Part shown: positions 27,795 through 42,143 of the stretch, in pieces
Layout of the letters: every line of letters begins with the position of its first letter
Numbering within the stretch: the stretch's first letter is position 1
Origin: Octopus vulgaris
Lineage: Eukaryota
Direction: 5' to 3'
Assembly: GCA_951406725.2 (NCBI GenBank)
Contig: OX597829.1
Span: 35,588,001 to 35,652,000, forward strand
Length of the DNA: 64,000 nucleotides
The notes under the pieces: generated by a model
Told to the model about the DNA's origin: nothing
The model's input: the letters and a program-made list of their open reading frames with translations, nothing else
Database searches by the model: none
Position numbers and translations under genes: made by a program

Positions 27795-29010
27795 ATTTGA
27801 TGTTTGTTTGAGCTAAGACGCGCCTAATTTTTTGCTAAAATCAAAGATGGCGAACAAAAATTGTCTGTACGCTGAAAGGAACAGCCGATTGTTTGGAAGA
27901 GAGAACAGCCAAGTCATGAAAGACAGTGACTGCTATAGCAGCGGTAGCAGCGGCAGCAGCAGCAGCAACAACAACAACAACAATTGCACACGTGAAACAT
28001 ATGAAAACGAATTTCCGTTGCTTCTGTCTTCCCCTTCACCGTTACAGGAACAAAAGAAAACGACAAAAAGCAACAACGCAAGTGAGAGCACTGCCACCTC
28101 CACCAGTACCGCCGACACCAGTAGCAGGCCCAACATCATCACCGTTACCAATGTAGCGAAAAGGGGCAGCGAAATCGAGACAAACAAATCCAGTCGAAGC
28201 AGTTTCGACTTTGCGCAAGAGACCCGACAAGTAAGTGAAGACATTTTCTTAGACGAAAATGAGTTTAAGAATGCTAAATGTATGTTGGAGAAATCTGGCA
28301 CTAAACATTCCTAGAACTGTACAGCATGAAAAATAATTTGCGGACAGTTCTATATAAAACAATTGGAGAGAAAAGTAGGAAATTGGAGTAGGCAAGACTG
28401 CAACAGATAGAGAAATGTCTAAAACTAGTTTGGAAAAGCAAAACCTACGAAGCCGGGGGCAAGAAATATGGGATCGTTGAGGTGACATTCGCCTGAGGAG
28501 GAGACAAAATATCACTCGACAGCTACTCTAACGAGTGGCGAAATCATTCTCATTCCCCTCTATCTCGGTCGAAGAGTGTTCAGAATTAGAATAATCAATA
28601 TCACACCAATGATTAGCATTTGTTGGTTAGTGGTTGCAATTCTCGTCGACATGGGAGAGAAAACCAAGATACTGCGAATACAGAAGATTCACAAGCAGAA
28701 CTGGTTAAGACAAGGGATACAGCTTCTACTACAAGCTGACCAGCTGAGCGTGGGAGGATGTCTCGGATTACATAATCCTACTGGGGGGCACAAAATTTCA
28801 CGTAGCCGTCGAGGGCAGAGAGCCAAGATGTTACCTGTGCAGATACACAAACCATCTAGAGGCATTTTGCCCACAACAAAAAGAGAAGGGAGTTCCGCAC
28901 TTTGGCGATACCAACAAAAAAATCTGGCAACAGTGATGACGGTGAGATGCCATTAAAGACAAACACACCTCTCCCAACAGCAGCTACACCCGCTCCATCA
29001 ACAACAAAAA
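27795..29010 (+). mobile_element. Decayed L1/Tx1-like ORF1 (gag-like)
   Basis: Frameshifted ORFs 27832-28314 and 28576-28956. An alternate frame reads VAVEGREPRCYLCRYTNHLEAFCP, paralogous to VVAEGKKPRCYNC at ~7800. Confidence 0.75.
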
Positions 29011-29134
29011 TGGTTTCTTTCAGTTGCCGTCTACCAAATCCATTCACAAAACAGTGGTCAACCCGGAGTCACGTGGTTGAGAAACAAACTTCTTACAACC
29101 TAGTTATGTCTGAACCTATTATTCCAAACAATAA

Positions 29135-29340
29135 TCATTTCAAATTTTGGTAGAAGGGCAGCAATGTTAGGAGAATGCACGTCAGTCAATTACATCGCCC
29201 CAGTTTGATACTTCATTTCATTCACACCGAAAGCATGGAAGAAAAAGTCGACCCCGGCGGAATTTGAACTCAAACCGTGAAGACGGACAAAATGCCTCTA
29301 AGCATTTGTCCGGCGTGCTAACGATTCTACCGCCTCGTGA
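29135..29340 (-). mobile_element. SINE family C copy
   Basis: AAAGTCGACCCCGGCGGAATTTGAACTC..CTAACGATTCT. Confidence 0.75.
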
Positions 29341-29369
29341 TCTCAATAATAATGATGATGATGATGATG

Positions 29370-29427
<58 letters not shown>

Positions 29428-29526
29428 TAACAATAATAATAACAATAATAATAACAATAATAATAACAATAATAATAATAATAATAACAATAACAATAAT
29501 AATAATAATAGTAATAGTAATGATAA

Positions 29527-29561
<35 letters not shown>

Positions 29562-29582
29562 GTAATAATAATAGTAATAATA

Positions 29583-29630
<48 letters not shown>

Positions 29631-29772
29631 GTAATAATAATAATAATAATATTAATAATTATAATAATAATAATAATAATAATAATAGTAATAATAATAG
29701 TAATAATAATAGTAATAATAATAGTAATAATAATAATAGTAATAATAATAGTAATAATAATAGTAATAATAA

Positions 29773-30327
29773 ATGCACTGATGCAGTACCAGGCAGTGGC
29801 TCTCATGGCTTCTGATCTTAACTGATTGGAAGTGTTATCATGTACATTGTTTTGTCTTGGTATAAAAGATGGGCTACAGCAAATATTCTGCTCAATACCA
29901 CAGATTTGCTTGTCAGTTGTTTGACCTTAACCAGTTGAGCATGTCCCTTAGTGGCTGACGATACGTGCATCTCTGATCACGAGCAGGAGTAGTGGGGGAG
30001 CATCATTGCCATGTATTGAGAGGGATTCTTTGGAGTTTGAATAATTTACTTCTGGAGATGTGTGTCTTGTTCAACATCCTAAAGCAACCCTTATTCAGGG
30101 ACCTTTTGAGCAGGATGGGCTACTCGACCTGAAGAAAATTCTAACTGGGCCCCACCTGCAAGGTCATGTGCTGTTTATCTTGATATGAGATCACCATGTC
30201 GCGCACATATGGTTGTGATGCATGTGCCTGGTGTACCCTTATCAGACGGGTAGTCATGATGGGTATGCTGGGCTTCGTATATTTTACCCCAGCGTCACTT
30301 TGATGGCATGCATTGCTCTCTCACTCT

Positions 30328-30328
<1 letters not shown>
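29773..30328. mobile_element. ~555-bp non-coding element inserted in (AAT)n; second 55-bp copy of its left end at 30444-30499
   Basis: Sharp boundaries against (AAT)n on both sides. The start ATGC(A/C)CTGA(T/C)GCAGTACCAGGC..GGCTCTCATGGCTTCTGATCTTAACTGATTG is repeated. Confidence 0.7.
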
Positions 30329-30387
<59 letters not shown>

Positions 30388-30389
30388 TC

Positions 30390-30444
<55 letters not shown>

Positions 30445-30519
30445 TGCCCTGACGCAGTACCAGGCGGTGGCTCTCATGGCTTCTGATCTTAACTGATTGC
30501 AGATTCGTTTGATACTTGA

Positions 30520-30800
30520 CACTTCAACGTAATTCAATGGAAAGTTACGATGAGACAGGTATTTTGTATTTCATTTGGAAAACTATTCGCTTCAAGATGC
30601 ACCACATTCTGTAAGGCCAACTGGGATTAACAGCGGCACCAATCCCGTCATACGGCCGGGATGATTGCAGAATATTTCCCCTAATATCCAAATCGAGTGT
30701 TGAAAACCATTTGCATGACCGAGCTCGATGTTAGGTTTCACATCAATTGAATAAGGCTAACGTTACCTAGCAGATTTCCATCTGCGATTCGTGGTTGAAA
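30520..30800 (-). mobile_element. Possible highly decayed Gypsy-like RT fragment
   Basis: The minus frame reads RSCKWFSTLDL, resembling the LTR-RT motif xWFSTLDL. Short evidence. Confidence 0.4.
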
Positions 30801-30919
30801 CGTGAAGAAAATGGTGACAGGCGGACAAAATAAAATGTATCGTCCAAAGAAAATGGTGACGGGACAAAATAAAATGGATCGTCTATAACAATGTGAAGTG
30901 CAAACGGTCATGGGGAAAG

Positions 30920-31445
30920 CACGGTGAACCACCACAAATAATCTCCAAAAATGGACTCCATTCGGAGAAAATTATCTTTTCAACATGGTGGGGGTGTCTT
31001 TTAAGAGCTTCTTCTCACGTACATGACCATCAATTCAGATGTGTATAGTGACCAGCTGGACAACACAGCAACCCACTAGAAACATCCAGCACTTGCTAAT
31101 CGTAAGAACATTTTCTTTTATTATGACCATGGCAGATCGCACCCTTTTTTGTTGACGCATTAGAGATTACTGTGGCTTGATTGGGAAATTTTCCCGCAAC
31201 TTGTGCCTCCAGATTTTCATCTGCTTCGGACTCTTAAAAATTCATTGAATGGACACACCTTCAACTTTTAAGAGGATGTAAAAAATTATCCGGGGAAGGT
31301 TTTCACTAGTAAAGACGGGAAATTCGTTGAGAAAGATTAATGGATCTGCCTACAAGATGGCAGAAAATACTGGAAAGAAACGCTAATTATATCATTGATT
31401 GAACATGTTTAAAATGTGCGTCTTATTTTTGCTTAAAAAATGAAT
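30920..31445 (+). mobile_element. Decayed mariner transposase 3' half
   Basis: YDHGRSH (HDNARPH-like), PDFHLLRTLKN, RWQKILE. Confidence 0.7.
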
Positions 31446-31539
31446 AGACACAATACATATAGAAGAAACGAAAGAGCACATTCCTGATGGACTGTGCAAA
31501 TAACACAGAATGTTTTTATAGGCGGTCGTTCACCTTAAC

Positions 31540-32100
31540 CATAGAGCAGATGTCGCTTTGAACTGGAGGCTGAAACCGGAAACTGTTAAGAATTGATGAT
31601 CGATTCTATCGAAAGCTTTATAATGAACTAAGTTGATTATGGATTTAGCTAAGCCAGTATCTTTACTGACCGTCTCTTCGCTTTGGTTAAAATCTTGAGA
31701 TCTTCATGTAGCGAGGGTATGGGGCCTATTTAAACAATTCCGTACACACTGATCTGGTCTTTTCTCAGCATTGCAATCGATTCTTGACTCACAGACCTGT
31801 GTAAGTATCTATCTAAAGGACGTCATTCTAGCGTATGAGCATAACTTATTCGCTAAACCAGTATATGTAGTCTTTGCACGGGTTAAGGGCATGTCTACCT
31901 TCTAGTAACCGAGCACCAGCCTACTGTGTCTGCCTAAGATGTCTATGATCACCGATCTTTTGTACGGGTACAAAAACATTGTTCGTACACCGAGATCTAA
32001 GAATTTCCGGGATAGGATAATACTGTCTGCCGCTGTCCGATCACAACAGGCTGCGTGACGTGTATATCTCGTAATCATTGAAAATGAGCGCAAGTACCTA
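31540..32100 (-). mobile_element. Decayed L1/Tx1 RT fragment
   Basis: Minus frame INLVHYKAFDRIDHQFL (DxxKAFDRVDH motif). Confidence 0.6.
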
Positions 32101-32649
32101 CTTTCCAGATGTCTTAATCTTACAAATGGTTAACACATCCATTTCTAGCGAGCTGATAGTGATGGGCACGCAATGTTATTGAGAATGTTGTTGTTAGATT
32201 TATAGTCAACGTTGGTGATGTTGTAGTTATTGTTGCTGCCAAGAAGTCTAGGTTGGCGCGGCTCTCCGATCCTTTCTCTTCACTCTACCGGCATCGGCTT
32301 AGACTTGGTCCACTAACTCGACTGATCAGTTGCTTTATAAAGACCTCGAAGGAATTTGAACCTCAGCGGAATTTGAACTCATGGACCAGAACAAATGTCA
32401 CAAAATATTTATTTTTCCGATGCCCTACCAATTCTGCCAATCCATCGCACTAGCAGCAGCAGCAACAGCAGCAGAAGTAACAACAAAAGCAGCGACGACG
32501 ACGACGAAGACGAAGACGAAGACGAAAATGATGATAATTTATTTTATTGCTACAAGGGTGACGAATAGAGAACATTGCAGTTGAGTTTATGATAATGAGA
32601 TGACAACAAAGACAACAACAATAACAAAAACAACAACAACAACAATAAC

Positions 32650-32705
<56 letters not shown>

Positions 32706-34148
32706 TAATAATAATAATAATAATGAGTGATGAATAAATAATAAGGGGGAAAATAATGAAAAATATAGAGGAATAGCAATTATATGCAAAATAACAGGAA
32801 GAGAAAACTGTATTACAATGGTAAGACACCGAAAGAGGGAGGGGGAAGTGGAAGGGTTGGGAGAGGGAACAGATATATATATATATATATACAGCGAGAG
32901 AGAGGGGGGGGGGAACAGAAATGTGACTAGGAAAAATTATCATGAAAAATAAGGAACAGATTGTAGTCGTTTGTGTCATATTTTTGTTGTTGCTTTCAGT
33001 CCCAGGACACTTCTAACTAAGCAAGCCATTGATCGAAAGCGTTCCAGTCATGACTATCCAGTTCTCCGCTTTGGTATTGTGTATGAAGGATTAACGAACC
33101 CAACGTATCTTTCCATCTAGGGAAGATCTGTCTCTCGTTGATATTGTTGTTCTTGCTAGTATTCACGTTATTCGTATTGTTTTTGTTGTTGTTGTTGTTG
33201 TTGTTGTTAATGTAATTAAAGTAAGAAGATGGTAAGATATAAGTGATATACAATAACGTAGCTGTTGTGAAATGAGTACTTAGTGGGTAGGTTGCTTTTT
33301 TTTTATTAAGTATATATATATGTAAGTATATATATATATGTGTTTGTGTGTGTGTATGTGTGTGTTGTGTGTGTGTATGTTGTGTGTGTGTGGGTGTTGT
33401 ATGTGTGTGTTTGTGTGCGTACGCATACTTACACACGCACACACACACACATATATATATATATGTACTTACATGCAGATAAACGCTTACACATATACAC
33501 ACATATACACACTCATATTTACATATAAATACATACATTCATACATACGTACACACACATATACCTGCGCGCACATGCACACGCATATGTACGTAAATAC
33601 ATACGCGTACGCGCGCGCGCGCACACACACACACACAAACACACAAAGACACACACCCACACACCCACACACCCACACACTCACACACACACACATTCAC
33701 ACACCCATACACTCACACGCAACTTGGTTAATGTCAATTACAAACAGGGATCGTATTTCTGCGAAATGTCTGCCATCCAATTGGTCAATTGCTCCACAAA
33801 GAAATTTGTCGACTGAAGCAACGGTGAATAATAGCCATGAAAACATAAACACCACGACTGACCTGAACAAGGGGCGGAGATGGGGTTTCACAAAACGGAA
33901 ACTAAAATAAACACAATGGCCACTGCAACAACAATACTAAAAAACAATACTGATGGCAAGACAGCAGCAGCAACAGCAGCAGCAGCGGCGGCAGGATATA
34001 AATAAAGAGAAATAGTAGCGGTAAGTATACAAGGACAGCAGAAGTAGCAGTAGTAGTAGTAGTAGTAGTAGTAGTAGAAGAAGAAGAAGAAGAAGTAGTA
34101 GTAGTAGTAGTAGAAGAAGAAGAAGAAGAAGAAGAAGTAGTAGTAGTA

Positions 34149-34181
<33 letters not shown>

Positions 34182-34192
34182 ATAGTAGTAGA

Positions 34193-34223
<31 letters not shown>

Positions 34224-34224
34224 A

Positions 34225-34259
<35 letters not shown>

Positions 34260-35319
34260 ATGGCTACTGCCGTTGTTATTGTAGTGATGGGTTTGTTGTA
34301 GTGCATATGATAGTGGTGGTGTTCATAGAAGTGTTAGCGAGTTCGATGGTCGTGACGGTGTGTGTTTCGAAGTTCGTGGTAGCAGTTTGTAGTATTGTTG
34401 ATACTGGTGGGGTGGGGTTATTGATTTGGGGAGTGCATATATGCTTTTCATGGAGGAGGTGGTGCAGTAGTTTGGTGTCGGTGTCGATGTTGATGACGGT
34501 TTAACAGCAGCAGCAGCTAAAAAACAGAAAAGAACAAGGGATAAGAAATGGGACATACAACAATGGGTACGGGAAGGTAAGTCAACAAGGTAACAACAAT
34601 AATATTATCACACAACAACAGCTCAAACAACAATGGCTCAACCTGTCGGCCATTTTTTCGAGAGCTCTCTCTATATAGAAATCACCTCGTTGTTTTCCCC
34701 ATGAAATAAGGTGGAAATTATTCTGCACATCTTTTACAAAGGATCAATACTCTAAGCAACATAATCCCCATCTTTTCATCAATAGTTTCACCAAGACATT
34801 TCATTCTGTGTTAAGTAAAGAGCTTAAATTTATTATTGATGTAATGTATACATATACATACACACACACACATATTCACGCGCACACATATATATATGTA
34901 TGGATGTATGTGTGTATATTTACACACATACATATATATACACGGACAGACACATGCGAGTACACACCAACACACACCAGCACACACACATAAGTTCCCA
35001 TGTTATATGTCTTGCAGATTCTTTGAATTATCTAAGACTGTGACTTAAGATTCTGTCTTAGGGTACAGACAGAATAAAGCCGAAGATTTAAAAAAACAGT
35101 CGATTTAATAGTTTTTGTCTGGGAGAAATGACTTTGTTCTCCACGTTCTCCGAGGTATCTCTGAGAAAGAGATCAACTTGATTAACATTCCATTTGAATA
35201 TTTACAAGTCAACAGCCACAAAAAAAGAAAGAAAAATATAGATGAGAAGGGTTATTTAAAGGACCGACATTCTGAGGAGGATGAAATGAGACTAGTCTTT
35301 TGTTGAATTGCTAATGTAA

Positions 35320-35583
35320 GGCGGCGTAAACACACCAACATCAGTTGTCAAGGGGTGTAGGGGACAAACACAAAACAGACAGAAACACACACACACGCAC
35401 GCACGCACACAAACACACACAGACACACATGTAGGACGAGCTTCTTTCAGTTTCTGACTACCAAATTCACTGACAAAGCTTTGGTCGGCCCGAGGCTAAA
35501 GCAGAACATAATTGCCCGAGGTGCCATGCCGTTAGACTGAACCCGAAACCATGTGGTTGGGAAGCAAGCTTCTCGCCACACAA
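35320..35583 (-). mobile_element. Partial SINE family A
   Basis: CGTAAACACACCAACATC..TTCTTTCAGTTTC..GAACCCGAAACCATGTGGTTGG. Confidence 0.8.
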
Positions 35584-36290
35584 CTGAAAATATTTTTCAG
35601 TGAACTCATTTCTTCTTCGTACTTTAGCACAAATTACTAGATGTGACCATTTGACAATTCTTATTTTTAACAAAACATTGAAAGTGAAACTTAAAGTTCA
35701 TTGATAGCAGGTTTAAGTAACATTGATTTTTTTTGTCTCTCTATCTATCCTTTCCACTAATACAAATGGGAAAGGTAGTTAGTTGTTGATTCTCTTCAGT
35801 AACGTAAACTGGAGTGAAAGTTCAGATTGAATATCCTTTTAGTTTTGTTAGATTACCAGTTGCCATCCTCCTGTTTTGATCAAGCTGCAAGTACTGTGCT
35901 GTAATTTGTTGAGCTAGTTTTGAGTTACTCCAGGTATATCTTATTGATGACAAGGATTTATTTATATGATAGCTTAAAATAACACCCAAATGTTCCTCAG
36001 ATCACATTCTTCCGTCTCACATACTTAAACATATACAAGAAACTGAAGTGTTACATACGTTTTAACGAACTCAAAATTTATCTCAACAAATTACAACACT
36101 GACATTTGCAGCTTGATCAAGACTGTCGGATGACAACTCGTAGTGTAACAAGAGATTCGTAAAGATGGACAAAGCATAGAGCTGACCCACTTGGTTTTCC
36201 TTTTTTATTTAAAATATTCCGACCTAGGAATCGGTTCATCCATGGTAACAATGTATGCATACGGCCGATCAGCAATAAGTGTTTAAAGGC

Positions 36291-37614
36291 TAACGTGTTG
36301 TACACAAAAAGTATTCGATTTTATTTTTTTCCGCCAAAACTAATGCTATGTTCGCAAAATCCTTTGTGTGGAAGGTGACATCGCCACTCCTGCGCATGCG
36401 AGAAAATTTTCGCGCCGGCAGGCGGTCGCAGCTCTTGGCTGTTACGCCTAGAGTACAAACGTATTGTGCACAGGCGTCAGATTTTCGTTTTCACGCAAGA
36501 TGACCAAACGCATCGAGCAGAGATATTGCATTAAGTTACGTCAAAAGTTTGGTGATACTCAAGCTCAAACCATCCAAAAGATTCAGTAGGACTTTGGAGA
36601 TGGTGCCATGGGCAAAAACAGTTGAAGAACTAGCACGACAGCTTCAAAGATGGCCGCACCTCAGTAGAGAGCAAGGTAACATTAGTAGAGAGCAAGTCAA
36701 TACGTGAAGTCGATTGAGATGGTTCGGCGAATAGTTATGGAAGATCGTCGTGTAACAATCCAAGAAATTGCTCACGAAGTAGGAATAAGCACAGGATCAG
36801 TGCATTCCATTTTAACGGAGGAGTTGTATACGCAAAATGTCGGCGAAATTTTACCCCAAGTTGCTGGCGGAACAGCAGAAGAAACTTGGAATGGAAATCG
36901 TCGCTCAGGACATACTGGACTATGCAAACAAAGAACGAGACTTCAGGAAGACCATCATTACTGGTGATGTGAAAACAGTCTATGCTTACGATCGTGAAAT
37001 CCAGTCCTTCCAATGGAAGCATCCCTCATTACCAAAGTGTAAAGTAACATGTCAAGTTCGTAGTAATGTAAAGGTAGTGTTGACCTGTTTCTTTGATTCC
37101 GTGGTATTGTGCATCATGAATACACACCACAATGCGAAACAATCAATAAAGAATACTATCTAGGGTTTATACATCACCTTCGTGATACTATGCGTCGAAA
37201 GCAGGCGTACATGGTGGCAGCGAAGAATTGGCAACTTCAGTAAGACAATGCGCCCTCTCATTCCATATACTTAGTCCTAGCTTTTCTGGCCAAGAACAAC
37301 ACACCGCTTGCGTGGCAGGCTTACTACTCTCATCCAAACTTGGCACTGTGAAACTTCTGGCTCTTCCCTAAACCGAAAACCATGTTGAAAGGGAAGTGAT
37401 TTGAGCCGTGAGAGGAAATTATGAGGAAAACGATGGCAGAGATCCATAGCATTTCAGAAAAGGTATTCCAGAGGTGTTACCAGCAGTGACAGAACTGCTG
37501 GAGGAAGTGTGTGAACTTCCAAAGGGCGTATTTTAAAGGCGATCAAGAAAAATTTGTGAATTATGCAATTTTGTTTAAGCCCGAAGATAAGATACTTTTT
37601 GAACGCATCTCGTA
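36291..37614 (+). mobile_element. Near full-length, inactivated mariner element (~1.3 kb)
   Basis: Degenerate TIRs (..CAAAAAGTATT / ATACTTTTTGAACGCATCTCGTA). MTKRIEQRYCIK.. from 36500; EDRRVTIQEIAHEVGIS; IITGDVKTVYAYD; DNAPSH. Stops and frameshifts. Confidence 0.9.
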
Positions 37615-38120
37615 AATGCTACATATAATTCACGTGTTATAGTTTTAACATCGGAAGCACCATTCAGAAACTGCACGTCTACATTAAAGAACACTTTCAG
37701 ACAAATGAATATTCTCTTAGAAAATATCTGTTAAGATGCCAATACAAGAATATCTCGGTCATCATCAAAAGAAAAGAATGGAAGCCTGAGGATTAACGAG
37801 TCCATTTTTATGAAAAAAAAAAATGAAAATTTCCAATCAATAACAGACAAAAACAGCAAGACGCTGATTAATCAATTTAGCAACGCCATGTCGTATGTCA
37901 TCTCATTCCTGCGCAGTTCAGAGTGAATCTTATTTTCCATTTCCTCTTGGTAAATATTTTTTCTCCCAATTATTGAAATATATTGTAAAAGTAAGAAATT
38001 TATTTCTATTTTGATTATATTTCAATATTCAACCTGTTTAGTAGAGGCTCTGTAAACCCTTAATTTACTTCACTATATTCATATGTACGCACACACTCAC
38101 ACATACATACATAAATACAT

Positions 38121-38526
38121 TCTCTTTTTCTCTTTCTCTTTTACTTGTTTCAGTTATTTGACTGCGGCCATGCTGGAGAGCTTTAATCGAGCAACTCGAC
38201 CCCGGGACTTATTCTTTGTAAGCCCAGTACTTATTCTATCGGTCTCTTTTTTTGCCGAACCGCTAAGTGACGGGGATGTAAACACACCAGCATCGGTTGT
38301 CAAGCAATGCTAGGGGGACAAACACAGACACACAAACATATACATATATATATATATACATATATACGACAGGCTTCTTTCAGTTTCCGTCTACCAAATC
38401 CACTCACAAGGCATTGGTCGGCCCGGGGCTATAGCAGAAGACACTTGCCCAAGATGCCACGCAGTGGGACTGAACCCGGAAGCATGTGGTTGGTTAGCAA
38501 GATACTTACCACACAGCCACTCTTGC
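38121..38526 (-). mobile_element. Full SINE family A copy
   Basis: Near-identical to the reverse complement of 43049-43456. Confidence 0.9.
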
Positions 38527-38732
38527 ACATACATACATACATACATACATACATACATAAGTAAGTACATTCAAACATACATATATACATACATGCATAC
38601 ATACATACAAACATATATACCCTGTTGTTGGCGTTGAGATTCCAATGAAGAAACTTTGGATCTAGGTTAGGAACCGGCTCTTTCTCTATTGGCAAGAAAT
38701 ATTGAAATAAAACTGAACAATGACATAAATAC

Positions 38733-38829
<97 letters not shown>

Positions 38830-38870
38830 AAAATTAAAAATTGTATAATATAGCAGCATTTTCGAACTTC

Positions 38871-38919
<49 letters not shown>

Positions 38920-39299
38920 TATTAGCAGAATTAACAGAGTGACTTAAAGTTCGAGGGTTTCGTGCGTTGGCACTTATCAAACTAAATAACGTTTCACCGA
39001 AGGAAACGGAGTAGTTTTACATTGATATTCTAACCACTTTTTATTGGCAGAGTTTCTTGAGAGTCGGGTAGAATAATATCCGTTTTTTTTTAAAATTCAT
39101 TTCGTAGCACTTTTAATTTAAATCTCATCGGGAACAAATTGATAGGCGTTAACATGTATGTGTGATTTAACATGTATGCTGTTGCATGACATCTTGCATA
39201 ACTTCTACAGCCTCGGGTGAACCAAATCTTTGTAAATAAAATTGATACCCGTGTTAAATTTGATAACCTGTGTTAAAATTGATAACCCATGTTATGTGG

Positions 39300-40340
39300 C
39301 TGTGGGTGTGTGCATGAAGTGTGTGCTTGAATATGTTAAATGAGAATTCATAATCAGAGTACAAGAGCTGTAAGTTCCGCATTAATTCACCGTAAATGTT
39401 CTCTTTTTCCTCGATTTTCTATTGTAAATTCATATCCGCTGGACTGCTGTTCTATATAACAGTGCATGACTTTTGTTATCTATGTACCACAAAACAATAT
39501 CAGGTGTGTTATGTTTGCACCAAATTCATGTTTATCTTGGAGTGTTCCACCAGTATTCCTTGTTTTTAAAGGTGCGAATATGGTAGTGGTTCTGACATGC
39601 CTCTGCTGTATATGGTTTGGCAATTCTTCTTGCGGATAATATTATAAATAGTCTTTGCAACTATATCATACCTCAGGGTGGGGGGCAGATAATATCTCGT
39701 ACACATTTTAGGACAGCTGCTGCTGATGTGGATGTTATCTTCCATAATGGTATAGCAGAGTCGACGTTTTTTTTTTCCTTTTATCACGACATGGAGTTTT
39801 GATGGTATTTTTGTCACTCTTCTTCATCAGGTATCAATTGCAGGTTCGGGAGGGGATACTCTTCCTGTCAATGCTGTTGTTGTCTTCTCGCTTACGGATG
39901 ATGTACCCATACATTGATTGGGTGGCACGAGACAGTTGTACTCTTAGAGTAACGGCACAATAGTTCTCCAACTGTGAAGATGTTGCTCTCACTTTTCAGT
40001 ATGCAAAGAATGTATTCATTTCTTTCTTTACTGTTCAACAGGTGCTGTGTGAATAATATAATGCGACATACAAAGACGGTTTGGACTGACCTTAGGCCTC
40101 TACCGCCGTCACTTTCTCTTACATAAATCCTATCGGTGTCGCTGGTAATGTGGAAGTTGCCAGTGGTGGTCAGTACCTTTCTGGTTTTAATGTCCAGGCT
40201 GCGTATCTCATTGAGTGTCCAGTCCAATATCCAAAATGTTGATATTAGAACTGGTACTGTAAAAACATTGTGGGGTATGGTCTTGTTAAATGCAGAAAGT
40301 TCTGAGTTCCATCTTTTCCGGAGTCTACGGAAGTACTCTT
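39300..40340 (-). mobile_element. Decayed R4/Dong-like retrotransposon fragment
   Basis: WTLNEIRSLDIKTRKVLT..HITSDTDRIYV..GGRGLRSV and HISSSCP..RYDIVAK. The truncation point abuts (TATG)n. Confidence 0.85.
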
Positions 40341-40613
40341 TTCTTATGTATGTATGTATGTATGTATGTATGTATGTATGTATGTATGTATGTATGTATG
40401 TATGTATGTACGTATGTATTTATGCATGCATGCATGTGTGTGTATGTATGCATGCATATGTGTGTATGTATGTATGTATACATGTGTGTATGTATGTATG
40501 CATGTGTATGTTGGATGTAAGTGTGTATGTATGCATGTAAGTATCCATATATGTTTGCATGCGTGTACGTATACATGTATAAATGAGTTTATGTATATAT
40601 GTATGTATGTATG

Positions 40614-40669
<56 letters not shown>

Positions 40670-40929
40670 TATTTCTTATGCTTACATGTACGCACATATT
40701 TGTGTGTGTGTACGTATATATTTTACATATGTATTCGAATACAGTTGTCGTATTGTAATGTAATTCAGTACAGAGCAGAACGCCCTACTGCGCACAAATT
40801 ATTTCCGATGTCTCTCTTATATTTCCATACTATAATATATTTCAACATTTGAAATATTTTATTTGTAATTTGACCCTCTATAAAAGCAGGTCTATATTTT
40901 CTGTTTTTGTAATTTAGTTGCAGGTGTAG

Positions 40930-41830
40930 ATCTCTTACAGCCATGTCCAAAGTGAAGGTCTCCAAGACCCTTTTTACAGCTTCTTTCATCTCACTATCTT
41001 CAAAACGACTACACCTGAAGTTCTCCATCATCTTAGGGAACAACTGAAAGTTACTGGAAGAAGCAAAGTAAGGAACAACTTTGATGCTCATTTCTGTCAA
41101 GTAGCTGGCTGCCAGGATGGAATTGTGGAATGGTGAACTGTTCGGGGACAGGTGCCACCGACCTGGCTTTTTGCAACGAAATTTCTTACTGAACTCCACG
41201 GAAACCTCTACAAAGTGCTCTTTGTTGACCGTTTTGCCAAAGGGAACCCGATGAATGTAGATGATGTACTTGTTGTCGAAAAAGAGCATCATCATAGGTC
41301 AATCAATGGATTTGCTTTGCCTGGCCTCCCTGGGTCAGGTGGACCCTGAATGCTTTCATTAACATTTTTCTCTTAGTCTCTGCTTTCATTGCAGGTTACC
41401 AGAGTTTCAAGTACTTTTGGATTGGATATAATGAGACCAGTGATTTCCTTGCTATTTGCACAAATATTTTGCAAGTGCAGGTCTTCATGAATAATTCTGT
41501 TCACAGGTGCCACACCAATTCTAAATAGTATGTTTACTGTCTTTATAGACACACAGCGCTCTTCATCCAGAAAATTATGAATTTTCTCAAGCAGGTCTGA
41601 TGTTCTGATACCCCTCTCCCCACTCACTTCTCACCGTCCCTTCCTTCCTCTCTACCGTCCTTGACCACTTGCGCCAGCGAAAAACTGAAGCTCCGATCAA
41701 ACAAGTTAGTCCATAAGCAGGCTAGAGCATTTCATAAGTTTCTGTAGTGTCTTTTTTGCCAAGTTTAACAGAAAACTTTATTACATAGCGAGGTCCTAAT
41801 TGTCTTCACGTCCCAACTGTATTCTGCACA
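40930..41830 (-). mobile_element. Decayed mariner transposase
   Basis: MMMLFFDNKYIIYIHRVPFGKTVNKEHFVEV, LVTCNES, NFQLFPKMME. Confidence 0.85.
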
Positions 41831-42020
41831 CTAACCAGTGTGACAAGCAATGTTTAGTAATGTGTGTTCAAAGTGCTGTAACAGCAGTCTCCTTCAGAAT
41901 CGAATATAATGTTGAAATATCAACTTATTAGACGTGTATCTTGACGTTAATCTTGAATGTACCTCGCGTACACATGTACGCTCTCTCTTTCTCTCTATGT
42001 GTATATATATATACATACAC

Positions 42021-42143
<123 letters not shown>

